64,000 bases of DNA from assembly GCA_965221905.1 (NCBI GenBank), contig OZ244922.1, forward strand, positions 1,152,001 to 1,216,000. The letters run 5' to 3'. The stretch's first letter is position 1. Every line of letters begins with the position of its first letter. The notes below the pieces were generated by a model, which did no database searches, was not told the DNA's origin, and worked only from the letters and a program-made list of their open reading frames with translations. Source of the stretch: Chloroflexota bacterium. Lineage in GTDB: Bacteria > Chloroflexota > UBA11872 > VXOZ01. A program made the position numbers and the translations under genes. This document shows, piece after piece, positions 29,895-40,772 of the stretch.

Positions 29895-30364
29895 AGTAGT
29901 AACCTTAATTCAGATTTGAACACTGTGATTATAGCGACATGTGATAGTGCGGGGCGAGAATGGTTACTCCGGTAGCGCAGGCCCTTCGACAGGCTCAGGA
30001 CACGTTTGCAACCTGCGTTCGATGGCGGGCGCCATTGAGCACAGTTGCAATCGGAGATTAGCTTGATCCGTAATGCCTATGACCAGGGGACACTTGGCCT
30101 GCGGTAAATTGCTTGCCTGATAGGCTGTAGTGCGGCATCCTGCACAGTGGGGTGGTATCCTTCTACCATATAGTTGCAAGTCGCTGTGAGGCCCATTACG
30201 TGTTAGCAGCCCGTCCTTGCTGAGATACGTTGTACTATTGGGATAGATTTCAGAGATTTCCGATCGCGCATGCCGGCAGACTGTCCCCGTTTCCAACTCT
30301 TTTGGGAATTGGAAACAGTCTTGTACTGAGCGCTACACAGTCCAAAAAGAGGAGAGCGAGACCA

Positions 30365-32053
30365 ATGAGTGACGATGCGAACGTGGACGTCAAACGGTTT
30401 AGCAAAGACATAACTGTAGGGCCGAAAAGCGCGCCCGCGCGATCTATGTTTCACGCTATGGGATTCAGCAGCGAGGATCTGGCGAAGCCCCTCATCGGCG
30501 TCGCGAGCACGTGGAATGAGGTCACGCCCTGCAACTACCACTTGGATCGCCTGGCCCAGAAGGTGAAGGAAGGTGTCCGCGCAGCCGGAGGCACGCCGAT
30601 TGAGTTCGTTGCGATCACCGTAAGCGACGGCATTGCCATGGGCACGGAGGGTATGCGCACAAGCCTGGTGACGCGCGAGATCATAGCGGATTCGATTGAG
30701 GCGGTGGCAATTGGCGAGCGGTTGGATGGTGTGGTTTGCATTGCCGGCTGCGATAAGAGCTTGCCGGGCTGCGCGATGGCCATGGCACGTCTCAACATCC
30801 CCAGCGTCTTCGTGTACGGCGGCAGCATCATGCCGGGGCGCTGGCAGGGCAAGGACGTAACCATCCAGGACGTCTTCGAGGCCGTGGGTGCCCACGCCGC
30901 CGGAAACTTGAGCGAAGACGAACTGACCGACCTTGAGTTGCACGCCTGCCCCGGCCCGGGCTCGTGCGGCGGTATGTACACGGCAAATACCATGTCGAGC
31001 GCGCTGGAAGCTATGGGGCTCTCGGTACCCGGCAGTGCTTCACCCCCGGCAATGGACGAACGCCGCGATCAGGTGTGCGTGGATGCCGGACATCTGGTGA
31101 TGGATTGCGTGCGAAACAACCGTCGCCCGTCTGACATCATTACAAAAGAGTCGTTAGAGAATGCCGTTTCCGTCGCGCTCGCTGCCGGTGGCTCCACCAA
31201 CGCAGCGCTCCACTTGCCCGCCATCGCCTGGGAAGCGGACATTCCGTTCGATCTCGACGACATTGACCGCGTGAGCAAGCGCGTGCCCCACATCGCTGAC
31301 ATGCGTCCCGGCGGCAGATACGTGATGGCCGACTTGGACAGGGTGGGCGGCGTGCCGCTCATCATGCAGAACCTGCTGCGGGCCGGACTGCTGCACGGCG
31401 ATTGCCTCACGGTCACGGGAAATACGCTCGCAACCGACGTGGCAGGCGCGCAAGTCAACGCGAACGGTCAGGACATCGTGCGGTCGGTGGACGATCCGAT
31501 CTATGCTGGCGGCACCATGGTCATTTTGCGCGGGAACCTAGCGCCGGAGGGCGCGGTGGTAAAGGTAGCGGGAGTGGCCAATCGCGTGCATTCCGGCCCG
31601 GCGCGGGTGTACGAAATCGAGGACGACGCCTTCAATGCCGTAGTGAAAGGCCACATCAACCCGGGCGACGTGATCGTGATTCGAAATGAGGGCCCGAAAG
31701 GCGGGCCGGGCATGCGCGAGATGCTGGCCGTGACCGGCGCGGTCTTTGGCTGCGGCCTGGGCGATTCCGTGGGTCTCATCACCGATGGACGTTTCTCCGG
31801 CGCGACCCACGGCATGATGGTGGGCCACGTCGCGCCCGAGGCCGCCATGGGCGGCCCCATCGGCCTGATCCAGGAAGGCGACAAGATTACGATAGACGGC
31901 GACAACCAAGAATTGACGCTGCACGTTGACGATGCCGAGTTGGCAGAACGCCGCAAGCACTGGCAGCCCCTCGAACCGCGCTACAAGAGAGGCGTGCTAG
32001 CAAAATACGCCAAGCTAGTCACCTCCGCCGCGAGAGGCGCGGTGTGTGAATAA
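30365..32053 (+). CDS. ilvD: Dihydroxy-acid dehydratase
   Basis: [40 protein letters not shown]; start set to MSDDAN after GAGGAG. Confidence 0.97.
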   Translation: MSDDANVDVKRFSKDITVGPKSAPARSMFHAMGFSSEDLAKPLIGVASTWNEVTPCNYHLDRLAQKVKEGVRAAGGTPIEFVAITVSDGIAMGTEGMRTSLVTREIIADSIEAVAIGERLDGVVCIAGCDKSLPGCAMAMARLNIPSVFVYGGSIMPGRWQGKDVTIQDVFEAVGAHAAGNLSEDELTDLELHACPGPGSCGGMYTANTMSSALEAMGLSVPGSASPPAMDERRDQVCVDAGHLVMDCVRNNRRPSDIITKESLENAVSVALAAGGSTNAALHLPAIAWEADIPFDLDDIDRVSKRVPHIADMRPGGRYVMADLDRVGGVPLIMQNLLRAGLLHGDCLTVTGNTLATDVAGAQVNANGQDIVRSVDDPIYAGGTMVILRGNLAPEGAVVKVAGVANRVHSGPARVYEIEDDAFNAVVKGHINPGDVIVIRNEGPKGGPGMREMLAVTGAVFGCGLGDSVGLITDGRFSGATHGMMVGHVAPEAAMGGPIGLIQEGDKITIDGDNQELTLHVDDAELAERRKHWQPLEPRYKRGVLAKYAKLVTSAARGAVCE

Positions 32054-32224
32054 ACGGCCCAAGGTGTCAATATCGCGCTATGCTGGCCCATTCCTTGTGG
32101 AGTAAGTCATCGCTTACGTAGAATTGCAGAACCATCCGTGTAGGGGTACCCCTTGTGGGTACCCAATGCGCTTGGAGCTAGAAGCAATCACCCACTTAGG
32201 CAAGGCGCTTAGTTGGTGTGAGAG

Positions 32225-32398
32225 ATGAAGAACTGCGACCTCGTTAGTCAGGCAAGTCTGCGGACGGAACTGCAGGCGCTAGAATTACGCTTGCGCGCCG
32301 AACTTGAACAGCGCCTCAACCGCCAGACCATGCAACTGGCAATGATCTTCGTTGCGGCGCTAGGGGTTGCGGTGGCGATCCTGAAGTGGATTCCGTGA
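32225..32398 (+). CDS. 57-aa coiled-coil protein with a C-terminal TM helix (DUF1640/CCDC90-like tail), absent from the ORF track
   Basis: Translates as MKNCDLVSQASLRTELQALELRLRAELEQRLNRQTMQLAMIFVAALGVAVAILKWIP. Confidence 0.55.
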   Translation: MKNCDLVSQASLRTELQALELRLRAELEQRLNRQTMQLAMIFVAALGVAVAILKWIP

Positions 32399-32769
32399 GC
32401 GCGCCTTACCCGCTAAGCTCAGTTTTCTTTCTCTGATTGGCGCAGGTTTCAAACCTGCGCTACCGTTTTTGCTGGCGGCAGCGCGCAGCATCGAATCCTC
32501 CGTTGCAGGCAAGTCATGTAGGGGCACGACATGTCGTGCCTTTACATCGCGCGGACAGCCAACGCACGACCTTGTCTTTCCTGCGTAAAGTGGCTCTTGG
32601 GCATACTTGAGCAGAAGAAAGTGACTCTCTCACTCAGGTGAGAAAGCTAGGATGATGGGGTATTCCTTCAATCCTGTCTAGCCTCAGAGGATTGTTGGAC
32701 GTACGCAAAAACTGCCCTATACCTGAATGAGGGTTCTCCGCAAACGGGTGCACATCTTTGCCCCACGCG

Positions 32770-33012
32770 TCAGGCGCGAGTGCAACGGTACCGGTTGGGG
32801 TTATCGTAGAAAGCAGACTCCGCTGTCTCGTAGGCAGCCTTAATGTAGAGTTTTAGCAGGCTGTCCGGCCCTGACCACGAGGCGAGAGCAATGCTGGCGG
32901 CCAGTGTGCCCGGCGCCCTTTCTTCAACTGCTATAGCCCAGGCGCGCTCCTCCGCCGAGGCGGCGTTCAAGTACAACACCCGGCGCTCAGAGACGCCTTG
33001 GGATGACTTCAT
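32770..33012 (-). pseudogene. Fragment paralogous to the C-terminus of the upstream lipoprotein
   Basis: RAWAIAVEERAPGTL..YETAESAFYDNPNRYRC matches RSWVIEAEERSPGTL..YEQAEEALYENPNLYRC. Confidence 0.65.
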
Positions 33013-33331
33013 GCAAAGAGCCGTAGGAGTGGCCTAGTGCTGCCCCGCAGTCTTCCAACACGGTGGATGACTCTCTCCATGTCGCAGATGATGCACAAGT
33101 GCTTGTGTTCGCGCCTAAAGACGTTCCAGATGAAGGCAAAGGGGGGCATGCGCTCATTATATTGTTGCCTGGCTTGCGTTACTTCGCACCCAGTGTGCCC
33201 CTTGGCGCGATCGTGGGGACAGTCTAAGATAACATCAGACATGTCTAACAAACTCCTTGTCATGTTGGAGAAAGCCGCCAGGTATGAACTGGCGGCTTTC
33301 CCTTTTGTATTATTCCTATTCTAGCAGAGAA

Positions 33332-35026
33332 TCAACCTACGCAGCGATAGAGATTCGGGTTCTCGTAGAGCGCCTCCTCCGCTTGCTCATAGATCGTGGG
33401 CAAGACGTACTGCACAATTTCTTGTGGGGTTACTGCCGCACGTATATTGGCGCGCAGTGTTCCCGGAGACCTTTCCTCAGCTTCTATAACCCAGGAGCGC
33501 GCATCCTCGGAAACGCTGCAAGGATCAGCCAGGTAGTTGGTAAGCCACGTGTCAGCGAGTTGGAGGTAGTGCCTGGGTTCTCTGAAGTACGCCTGCCCGA
33601 ATGCGTCTATGCCGGCAAGTGCATGGTCACTCTCAGGGCCGCCCACTGCCCACAAGTGAATTATGTATACTGTGGGCAGTGCGTCGATGTTGCGAGCGTA
33701 CGCGGCCACCAGCATTCCCGCTACACTACCGCCAGGATTCACTTCGTGGATTTCCGCCAGCACCCTTTTCGCAAATATGTCGAGGAAGCGGAAGACGTGC
33801 TCCATTCTCGCAGAGTCGAAGCCCCCTGGCGCTGGTGTCGGTGTAGGCGTAAGCGTTGGCGCCGGGGTCGGAGTAGGGTGCAGCGCTATGGGCGTAGGCG
33901 TCGGCGTGGACGGCGCACCGAATTGCCCGCAGAATTGCCGAAAGTAGAGAATGCCCCGCACCCAATGGGGTAAGGCGCCACTCAGCAGGCGTTGCAGGAT
34001 TTGGTTGAGAAACGCTTCTTGGAGATTTGGGCTCGGCTTGCCACTACTGCCAAAGAATTCTTGCCAAAGGGCGGCCCGCGCGTGATAGGCGGCTTGTATC
34101 TCCTGGTAACAGGCATCCTCAGAATCCGGATCCCCTCCTAGCCTAAACTGAAGGCTAGTGACCAAGGTCCCCGTCAACAACGCGGCAAGCGTCTCCGCAT
34201 TTTCACTGCGATGGGCAGTGCCAACGTAAATGTGGTTTTCTTGCACATCCAAGACAGTATCAAACGGTATATCGGAAACGTCGGGCAGGTTCTGAAATGG
34301 CGCGTCGTCGAACGTTACCGTACCTCCTGCCTCCAAGAAATCCGTGGCCAAGAAACCTCCTCCCTCGGAAGAATGTACTAATCGCAAAGCTTCCGCGATG
34401 AGAGCAGCGTCAACATGAGCGTGGAAATTGGCTGCGACTTGACCGGCCGGTGTCTCGGCGATTAAGTGCCATGCGTTGTCAGTCAACCGGAAAGTAACCA
34501 CGACCTCTTTCGTCGGGCAGCAAGTCGGGTCGTTAGGGCCGAGTTGCTTTGTTTGCAGCGTAACGACCCCGTCTGCGATTGCGACCGAGTCAATCCCTAT
34601 GTTGAGTCCTAAGAAGGCGGAGGCAACGTGCCCCGGCGCGCCGTTTTCATTAAGGACTGCGGCGAGGTAGCGAAGCCCGGCGTTACCATCTACCAGCAAC
34701 AGCACCACCACAGCGTCGTCTGTCCCGTCGCCATCGAGGTCGCCGAAGGCGAGCGGGTCCTGTGCGTCAATCCGCTCTTTTTGTAATGATCCGTAAGTTG
34801 GAAGGCCGATCACGTACTCAGCACTTCGCAACGCGTCACGGGTGAGTTTGGGCGTTGCCACCGATGGGGTAGCAGTAGCTTGGGTGGTTTCTTGGTCTTT
34901 GCGCTCGGTATCTTGGCGAGGTTGTGAACCACTGACCTGGGTGCCATTGCCTTCGGCACAAGAGGTCAGTACAACACAGAATGCCAGGCATGCGCCTAGC
35001 ATTACTGTTGCAAGTCTCTTTTTCAT
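33332..35026 (-). CDS. Multidomain lipoprotein
   Basis: MKKRL..LTSC lipobox; AFGDLDGDGTDDA motif, DPTCCPT, PT-rich linker. Confidence 0.75.
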   Translation of the reverse strand: MKKRLATVMLGACLAFCVVLTSCAEGNGTQVSGSQPRQDTERKDQETTQATATPSVATPKLTRDALRSAEYVIGLPTYGSLQKERIDAQDPLAFGDLDGDGTDDAVVVLLLVDGNAGLRYLAAVLNENGAPGHVASAFLGLNIGIDSVAIADGVVTLQTKQLGPNDPTCCPTKEVVVTFRLTDNAWHLIAETPAGQVAANFHAHVDAALIAEALRLVHSSEGGGFLATDFLEAGGTVTFDDAPFQNLPDVSDIPFDTVLDVQENHIYVGTAHRSENAETLAALLTGTLVTSLQFRLGGDPDSEDACYQEIQAAYHARAALWQEFFGSSGKPSPNLQEAFLNQILQRLLSGALPHWVRGILYFRQFCGQFGAPSTPTPTPIALHPTPTPAPTLTPTPTPAPGGFDSARMEHVFRFLDIFAKRVLAEIHEVNPGGSVAGMLVAAYARNIDALPTVYIIHLWAVGGPESDHALAGIDAFGQAYFREPRHYLQLADTWLTNYLADPCSVSEDARSWVIEAEERSPGTLRANIRAAVTPQEIVQYVLPTIYEQAEEALYENPNLYRCVG

Positions 35027-35030
35027 CCGC

Positions 35031-36083
35031 CTACTCAATACTCACCATTTCGCCGGTTTCGGCAGACTTGTACGCGGCAAACACCGTGTGCATGACCTTT
35101 TCGGCGGCGTCGGCGCCGAGGAAGGGTGTGCCGCCGGTTTGGACAGCCCAAACGAAGTTGTCGATGACAGCATCGAAATGCGCCTGTGAACCGCGGAGTT
35201 CGCGGTAGCGGCGTTCGGTGTATCCGGTAGTTGCACCGAAGAGCACTGCGTCAGGTTCCAGTTCATCGGCGACCAAAGTGCCGCGCGTGCCGGTTACTTC
35301 CAGCCAGAGATCGCCGTTGTGCAGATTGCCCGGCACGTGCGCTCGACCGACGCAGACCGAAGCGATGATGCCACTCTCCATCTGTAGATTGAGCAGCGCC
35401 ATGTCCTCAAGGTCGAGTTCGCGATGGGCGCGGTTGTAGTACGCACCGGTGACGCAGTGCACGGCGGTGGCGGCCAGTCCGGTGACATCCAATATGGCCG
35501 AGAGGGGATAAAGCCCGAAATTCAGGAGTTCGCCGCCGCCGTTGGCGACGGGGTCGAAGAAAGTGCGCTCCTCGTCGTCCCACTTCTCGCCGTTGCCGTA
35601 GGTGACCAGGAAGTGGGCGTGCACGTTCACAATATCGCCAAGTTCACCGGCCGCTACGGCGTCGCGCGCTCGCTGGAGCGAGGGGTGACCGATGCGGGCG
35701 ATCCAGGCGAAGGTGCGCGTGCTCCGACGCGCTGCCGCGATCAGTGCGTCGCACTGCTCCAGCGTAATGCCAACGGGTTTGTCCACCAGCACGTGCTTGC
35801 CGGCCGCGAGCGCGCGTAGGGCGAGCGGTGTGTGCCGCGCGTACTCCGGCGCCACGCACACCGCGTCAACGTCGTCGCGGGCGAGAAACGCATTGAGGTC
35901 TGTCGAGTACTCCAGTCCTTGTTCTGATGCAATGGCGCGGTTGAGATCGTGGTAATCCTCCGGGATGTCGGCGTCGTCGGCTATGCCAACCAGAGTTACG
36001 TCAGGGTGGCGCGCAAAGACCGTGGCGTAGTCTTCTTGATGGCGGACGCCGCTTACCAAGCCCACCCGCAGTTTCTCAGCCAT
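35031..36083 (-). CDS. Gfo/Idh/MocA family oxidoreductase
   Basis: LRVGLV, GKHVLVDKP, GGGELLNFG.Y; start set to MAEKLR after GGAGG. Confidence 0.88.
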   Translation of the reverse strand: MAEKLRVGLVSGVRHQEDYATVFARHPDVTLVGIADDADIPEDYHDLNRAIASEQGLEYSTDLNAFLARDDVDAVCVAPEYARHTPLALRALAAGKHVLVDKPVGITLEQCDALIAAARRSTRTFAWIARIGHPSLQRARDAVAAGELGDIVNVHAHFLVTYGNGEKWDDEERTFFDPVANGGGELLNFGLYPLSAILDVTGLAATAVHCVTGAYYNRAHRELDLEDMALLNLQMESGIIASVCVGRAHVPGNLHNGDLWLEVTGTRGTLVADELEPDAVLFGATTGYTERRYRELRGSQAHFDAVIDNFVWAVQTGGTPFLGADAAEKVMHTVFAAYKSAETGEMVSIE

Positions 36084-36900
36084 TTGCCACCTCCTGCCAC
36101 GCCACACGGCGTCGTTCTTGAAGCGAGCGGTCGATTGCTTGGGCAAGGCGCTCGGCGGTAAGGGTTTGTTCTGCGCACATGAGTGGTTCGTCACGCCCGC
36201 TGCGCACGCTCAGCCAGTGGTCCAAGAGATGGGCGGCGAGCGTGTGGTCGGCGGCCTCGTCGCGTTGGTGCAGCATACCTTTTGTGCCGTACACCATCCA
36301 ATCATCGTGCACCGGGCCGTCCGGTACCTGCACCCAGGTTGCCATCACCTCGGCAGACGGGTAGTGAAGGTTGACGATGATGGTGGTGGTCTCTTTGTAC
36401 TCGGCGCGACTGGCAAAGACCCACTCCGGAGTGTCGTCTATCAATGTGGCTGCAGTAACGAGGGCAACCGTTAACGGCGCAAAGTGCGGGGCCGTGGGGG
36501 CGGATCGGGTTAGCCGTCTCACGGCAACGTAACGCGCCGGGCCTGTTCTCTCTGGGTCGAGCGCCAGTTTCATCGCGCGTACGGCAGGCAACACGAGGCT
36601 CGCAGCGCCAAGGAATGGTGAAGACGAAGAGGACTGGAGAAGCTGCAGTTCGTCCGGCGTCAGCGGTCCGGGGAGACACAGGGGCCGATTAGTTGCCAAC
36701 ACGCGCTGAGCTAGGGTGAGCCGATCAGCGAGGTTCCAGTACAGTATGACGCTGTCGAGCGTCGGATCTGCCAATGCTCCTTCAAGCTCACATGTTTGAA
36801 TCGTGCGGGGCACTCGCTGGTAGCGGTCGCGCCACCGTGTACTAGGGCGAAGCGCCTTTGGGAATGGGCCCACCAGTGCGACCCATGGATAATCGTCCAC
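36076..36900 (-). CDS. Degenerate Gfo/Idh/MocA-like protein
   Basis: LADPTLDSV, PEWVFA, VYGTKGML and a Gfo-like C-terminus; canonical NAD-binding and EKP motifs are missing. Confidence 0.55.
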   Translation of the reverse strand: MDDYPWVALVGPFPKALRPSTRWRDRYQRVPRTIQTCELEGALADPTLDSVILYWNLADRLTLAQRVLATNRPLCLPGPLTPDELQLLQSSSSSPFLGAASLVLPAVRAMKLALDPERTGPARYVAVRRLTRSAPTAPHFAPLTVALVTAATLIDDTPEWVFASRAEYKETTTIIVNLHYPSAEVMATWVQVPDGPVHDDWMVYGTKGMLHQRDEAADHTLAAHLLDHWLSVRSGRDEPLMCAEQTLTAERLAQAIDRSLQERRRVAWQEVANG

Positions 36901-37330
36901 CGCTTGCCTCTCTTGCGCTGTAGGAGTACATAGTTTGTATTAGCCTATCACAAGATGATCGTTAGCGGCAGGCAGCTTGGTCTTGGGCTGCAGGCACAGG
37001 TTTCAATCCCGCGCTACGCGGGTGGGGCCGCGAATGTCATTTGACCAACGCGCGTTTCAGAGGAGCTGACTGCTATTACGGGATGCACTCCCCTGCTCTT
37101 CCAGGAAATGGGGAAAGCGGAAACAATGCAGAAGAGATTGTCTTCCGCTTGCGCGGAAACGAGGTTGAGTGGGATGAAGGCCTTGCTTTGAGCGCAACAC
37201 ATTTTGAAAATGCGATCCCAATCCGATTGCGGACCAGGACTTTCGTAAGTAGAATCCAGCCGCGCACATGAGATTCCAAGTGAGGCCCACCGCGATGGGT
37301 TAACAGCACATGAGACTGCCTGGCAGCGGG

Positions 37331-38125
37331 CTACACGATCAGCCAGCCGCCGTCCACGACCACAGTGTGTCCGACCATGAAGTTGGAGGCCTGGGAGGCG
37401 AGGAACACCGCGACTCCGGCGTAGTCTTCCGGTTCGGCGAGCCGTCCGGCGGGGCAGCGCGCCTGCACTGATTCGACGAAGGCGGCAGTCTCCGGCGTTT
37501 CAGCCAGGTAGCGTCCGCCGCCGATTTGCGTACGGGTATAACCGGGGGCGAAGCCGTTAACTTGGATGTTGTGGGGCGCAAGCTCGACGGCTACCGAACG
37601 GATGAGATTGATCACGCCGCCTTTCGCAGAACCGTAGGCGCGAGAAAGGCCGTGGTGAAACGAAGCGACGAAGCCCACCGCGCTGGCGGTAACGATGATC
37701 TTTCCTTGTTGGCGCGGAATCATTACTTTGGCCGCTTCGCGCACGGTAAGGAACGCGCCGGTTAGGTCAACATCCAGCACGTGTTGCCACTCTTCCAGCG
37801 AAGCATCTATCAGATTGCTGCGTCGTTCGGCCACGCCCGCATTGGCAAAGCAGATGGCAAGCGGGCCGAGTTGTGCTTCGGTGGTAGCCACCATCTGCCG
37901 CATGGCGTCCTCGCTGGTAATGTCCGCCTGGATGGCAAGCGCCGTGTGCCCTGCTTGGGCAAGCTGGCGCGCAGTCTCGTCGGCGCGTTCCGCGAGACTA
38001 TCCACACAGGCGACGCGGGCGCCCGCCTCAGCCAATGCGGCGGCAATTGCTCTGCCGATTCCGCTGCCCGCGCCCGTCACAATGGCGACCTGGTCGTCTA
38101 AATGGAACTGCGCCAAGATGTCCAC
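37331..38125 (-). CDS. Short-chain dehydrogenase/reductase
   Basis: TGAGSGIG, NAG, YGSAK, VDGG. Confidence 0.92.
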   Translation of the reverse strand: MDILAQFHLDDQVAIVTGAGSGIGRAIAAALAEAGARVACVDSLAERADETARQLAQAGHTALAIQADITSEDAMRQMVATTEAQLGPLAICFANAGVAERRSNLIDASLEEWQHVLDVDLTGAFLTVREAAKVMIPRQQGKIIVTASAVGFVASFHHGLSRAYGSAKGGVINLIRSVAVELAPHNIQVNGFAPGYTRTQIGGGRYLAETPETAAFVESVQARCPAGRLAEPEDYAGVAVFLASQASNFMVGHTVVVDGGWLIV

Positions 38126-38409
38126 TACTCTGTTCTCCTTCCGCCTACCGAGTATACACGCTTAAGTGTTCAATGCGGTCTCATTCTCGCGGTTCGCCCG
38201 TCCGCGCCGCAGATTGCTGCCGTCGCATGCAGTGACTTTGGTGGGCTCGTCAATTCACGTAAACGGTGTTCAGGCCGATAGCTCTTCGGGGTGAACCGAA
38301 GTTTGTTCCAGCGCATTCTGGGTGGCATAATTAGAGAGATTGGCAACTCTTGCAAATAGTTAGCAAAAGTGGCTCACCCGGCAAAGAAGGGAAACAACCG
38401 AGGCCGTAT

Positions 38410-39522
38410 ATGCAGAGACGGGTTCATTATTCTCCTCGTTCTCCTCGCCGCGTGCCATGGTGGCGTGTGGTTATTGGCTTGGGCGTGGCAGTACTTCTCT
38501 TGCTCTCGTTTCTTGGGGGCGCGGCGTGGTTCCTGAATCGGGAAGGAGGCTCAACGGCGAGCCCTACGGCAACAAGCGGAGCTCCGCTAGGGGAGAATCC
38601 CGATGATAACTCCGGCGTGAAGAAGAAGATCCTGGAGGACACATCCACTATCGATGATCCCCAAATTCCTGATTGGCCCGAAACGGAAGCCTTCAGCGTT
38701 GTAATTATAGGGGTAGATACGCGCGCAAATGACGTAGGCCGCGCGGATACCATCATTGTGGTGACCGTTGATCCAGAGAAGAAAGCCGCGATGTTGGTCT
38801 CCATTCCCCGCGACGTGGTTTCGATGGTTCCCGGGTATCAAAACCTGCGCATCAATGAACTCTTCGGATACGGCGGCGCGGACCTCGTGATGGAATCGGC
38901 AGAGATTCTGCTCGGCATCCCAATTCAATACTATCTTACAATTGACTTTGAAGGATTTAGGCGTATTATCGATGAATTGGGCGGCGTGGAGATCAACGTA
39001 ATATGTGACATCAACGACTATCGCTTTCCAAACGAAGACGATACAGGTTTCGATCCCTTTATCATCAAGAGCGGTGTGCACCATATGGGCGGCGATACAT
39101 TGCTCCGCTACGTGCGGACGCGATTCGACGATCCACGCGGCGACTTCGGCCGTATCGACCGGCAGCAGCAGGCAGTGGTGGCCCTCAAGCAATTGCTTAC
39201 CTTCCAGAGTCTCGTGAAGGCGCCTCTGCTCGTCGACGAGCTTCACGCGATGGTGGATACCAACTTTCCTATCGCTTCCCAGCGTGTGGTTGGATTGGCA
39301 AGGCTCGGCCTGGCGATCCCGCTGGAGCGTGTGTATAGCGAAGTAATCGACTATGAAGGAAACTTGGTAGACGACGATGAACTAGAATCGGGAGCAAAGG
39401 TACTGAGGCCGAACCTGCCTGCCGTGCGCAGTATGATGCAGGAGAGCCTTGCGACCATGGGCCAGCTCCAACCTCTTGCCGGTCAAGAAGCTACCGTCCA
39501 GCAAGCGGATGTTGAACCCTAG
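38410..39522 (+). CDS. LytR-CpsA-Psr (LCP) family protein
   Basis: N-terminal TM; GVD, RADTII, SIPRD, YVRTR..DFGR..RQQ. Confidence 0.92.
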   Translation: MQRRVHYSPRSPRRVPWWRVVIGLGVAVLLLLSFLGGAAWFLNREGGSTASPTATSGAPLGENPDDNSGVKKKILEDTSTIDDPQIPDWPETEAFSVVIIGVDTRANDVGRADTIIVVTVDPEKKAAMLVSIPRDVVSMVPGYQNLRINELFGYGGADLVMESAEILLGIPIQYYLTIDFEGFRRIIDELGGVEINVICDINDYRFPNEDDTGFDPFIIKSGVHHMGGDTLLRYVRTRFDDPRGDFGRIDRQQQAVVALKQLLTFQSLVKAPLLVDELHAMVDTNFPIASQRVVGLARLGLAIPLERVYSEVIDYEGNLVDDDELESGAKVLRPNLPAVRSMMQESLATMGQLQPLAGQEATVQQADVEP

Positions 39523-39619
39523 GCAGTGCCGTAGCAGCGTGGCAGCTTCGCTTGGCCGCCGTATTCCACTGATCGATACCATTGATTTGCGCTAGATTCA
39601 CGTGAATAGAGGGAATAAG

Positions 39620-40558
39620 ATGTCCGAAACGCCCGCTCTGCCGCCCATGATATACAACGATGTGCTGCAACTGATCGGGCGCACGCCGCTGGTTCGTCTC
39701 AATCGCTTGCCGGAGCCTGATTCGGCAAAGGTGCTCGCCAAGATCGAGTCGCGGAATCCGGGCGGAAGCGTGAAAGACCGCATCGGCCTTGCCATGATCG
39801 AAACGGCGGAACGAGAGGGCAAGATCAATCCCGGTGACACGATTGTAGAGCCAACCAGCGGCAATACGGGCATCGGCCTGGCGGTTGTCTGCGCGGTAAA
39901 GGGCTACCGGCTCTTGCTCACGATGCCGGAAGACATGAGCGTGGAACGGCGCAAACTCCTCGCTTTGCTCGGCGCTGAACTCGTACTTACACCGGCCATC
40001 GAGGGCATGTCGGGCGCGGTATACGCGGCCCAGGAACTCGTGAGAGAGCATGGCTACTTCATGCCGCAGCAATTCATGAATCCGGCCAATCCGACCGTTC
40101 ACCGCGAAACCACCGCCCGCGAAATCCTGCACGATACTGCCGGCAATCTCGATGCAGTCGTAGCCATGGTAGGCACCGGCGGTACGATCACCGGCATCGG
40201 GCAGGCCATGCAAGAGGAAGCGCCGCACGTGCGCGTGATTGCGGTAGAGCCGTCAAAATCGGCAGTGCTATCCGGGGGGCGGCCGGGCATTACGCGCATT
40301 CAGGGCACGGGCGCCGGTTTTGTGCCGGGCATTCTCGATCTCAGTGTGATCGCCGAGGTAGTGACCGTGGGAGATGAAGAGGCGATTGCAATGGCAGAAC
40401 GTCTGGCAAAAGTGGAAGGCATCCTGGCCGGCATCTCCGCCGGTGGAGCCGTGGTCGCCGCACTAACGGTGGCGCAACAATTGGGCTCAGGCAAGACTGT
40501 GGTTACGGTCATGCCGGATTCCGGCGAACGCTATCTCTCGATGTGGGATATGGAGTAG
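39620..40558 (+). CDS. cysK: Cysteine synthase A
   Basis: NPGGSVKDR, PTSGNTG, GTGGT, PDSGERYLS. Confidence 0.95.
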   Translation: MSETPALPPMIYNDVLQLIGRTPLVRLNRLPEPDSAKVLAKIESRNPGGSVKDRIGLAMIETAEREGKINPGDTIVEPTSGNTGIGLAVVCAVKGYRLLLTMPEDMSVERRKLLALLGAELVLTPAIEGMSGAVYAAQELVREHGYFMPQQFMNPANPTVHRETTAREILHDTAGNLDAVVAMVGTGGTITGIGQAMQEEAPHVRVIAVEPSKSAVLSGGRPGITRIQGTGAGFVPGILDLSVIAEVVTVGDEEAIAMAERLAKVEGILAGISAGGAVVAALTVAQQLGSGKTVVTVMPDSGERYLSMWDME

Positions 40559-40772
40559 CGGCCCGCGGCGCACTCGCTGCTACTCGGAATCCCACGCAGT
40601 ACCGACGTCAGCCCGTCATTCCGGCGCAGGCCGGAATCCATATCTTTGTGTCAATGATGCTTGACGCGATTTTTCGCTGGCTATTTAGGCGGATGTCTCG
40701 AACGTATGCCCCGTCCGCTTTGCCGCGCAATTCCCGATAAACAGCAGCTCCTGTTCCGCCCCGACCGAACGA

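Noticed and set aside
30140-30170. T-box-like GGGTGGTATC upstream of ilvD
   Set aside because: Only a partial match; no antiterminator/terminator pair or specifier stem could be identified.
33257-33973. 238-aa plus-strand Arg-rich ORF
   Set aside because: It is the antisense reading of the PT-rich linker region of the lipoprotein.
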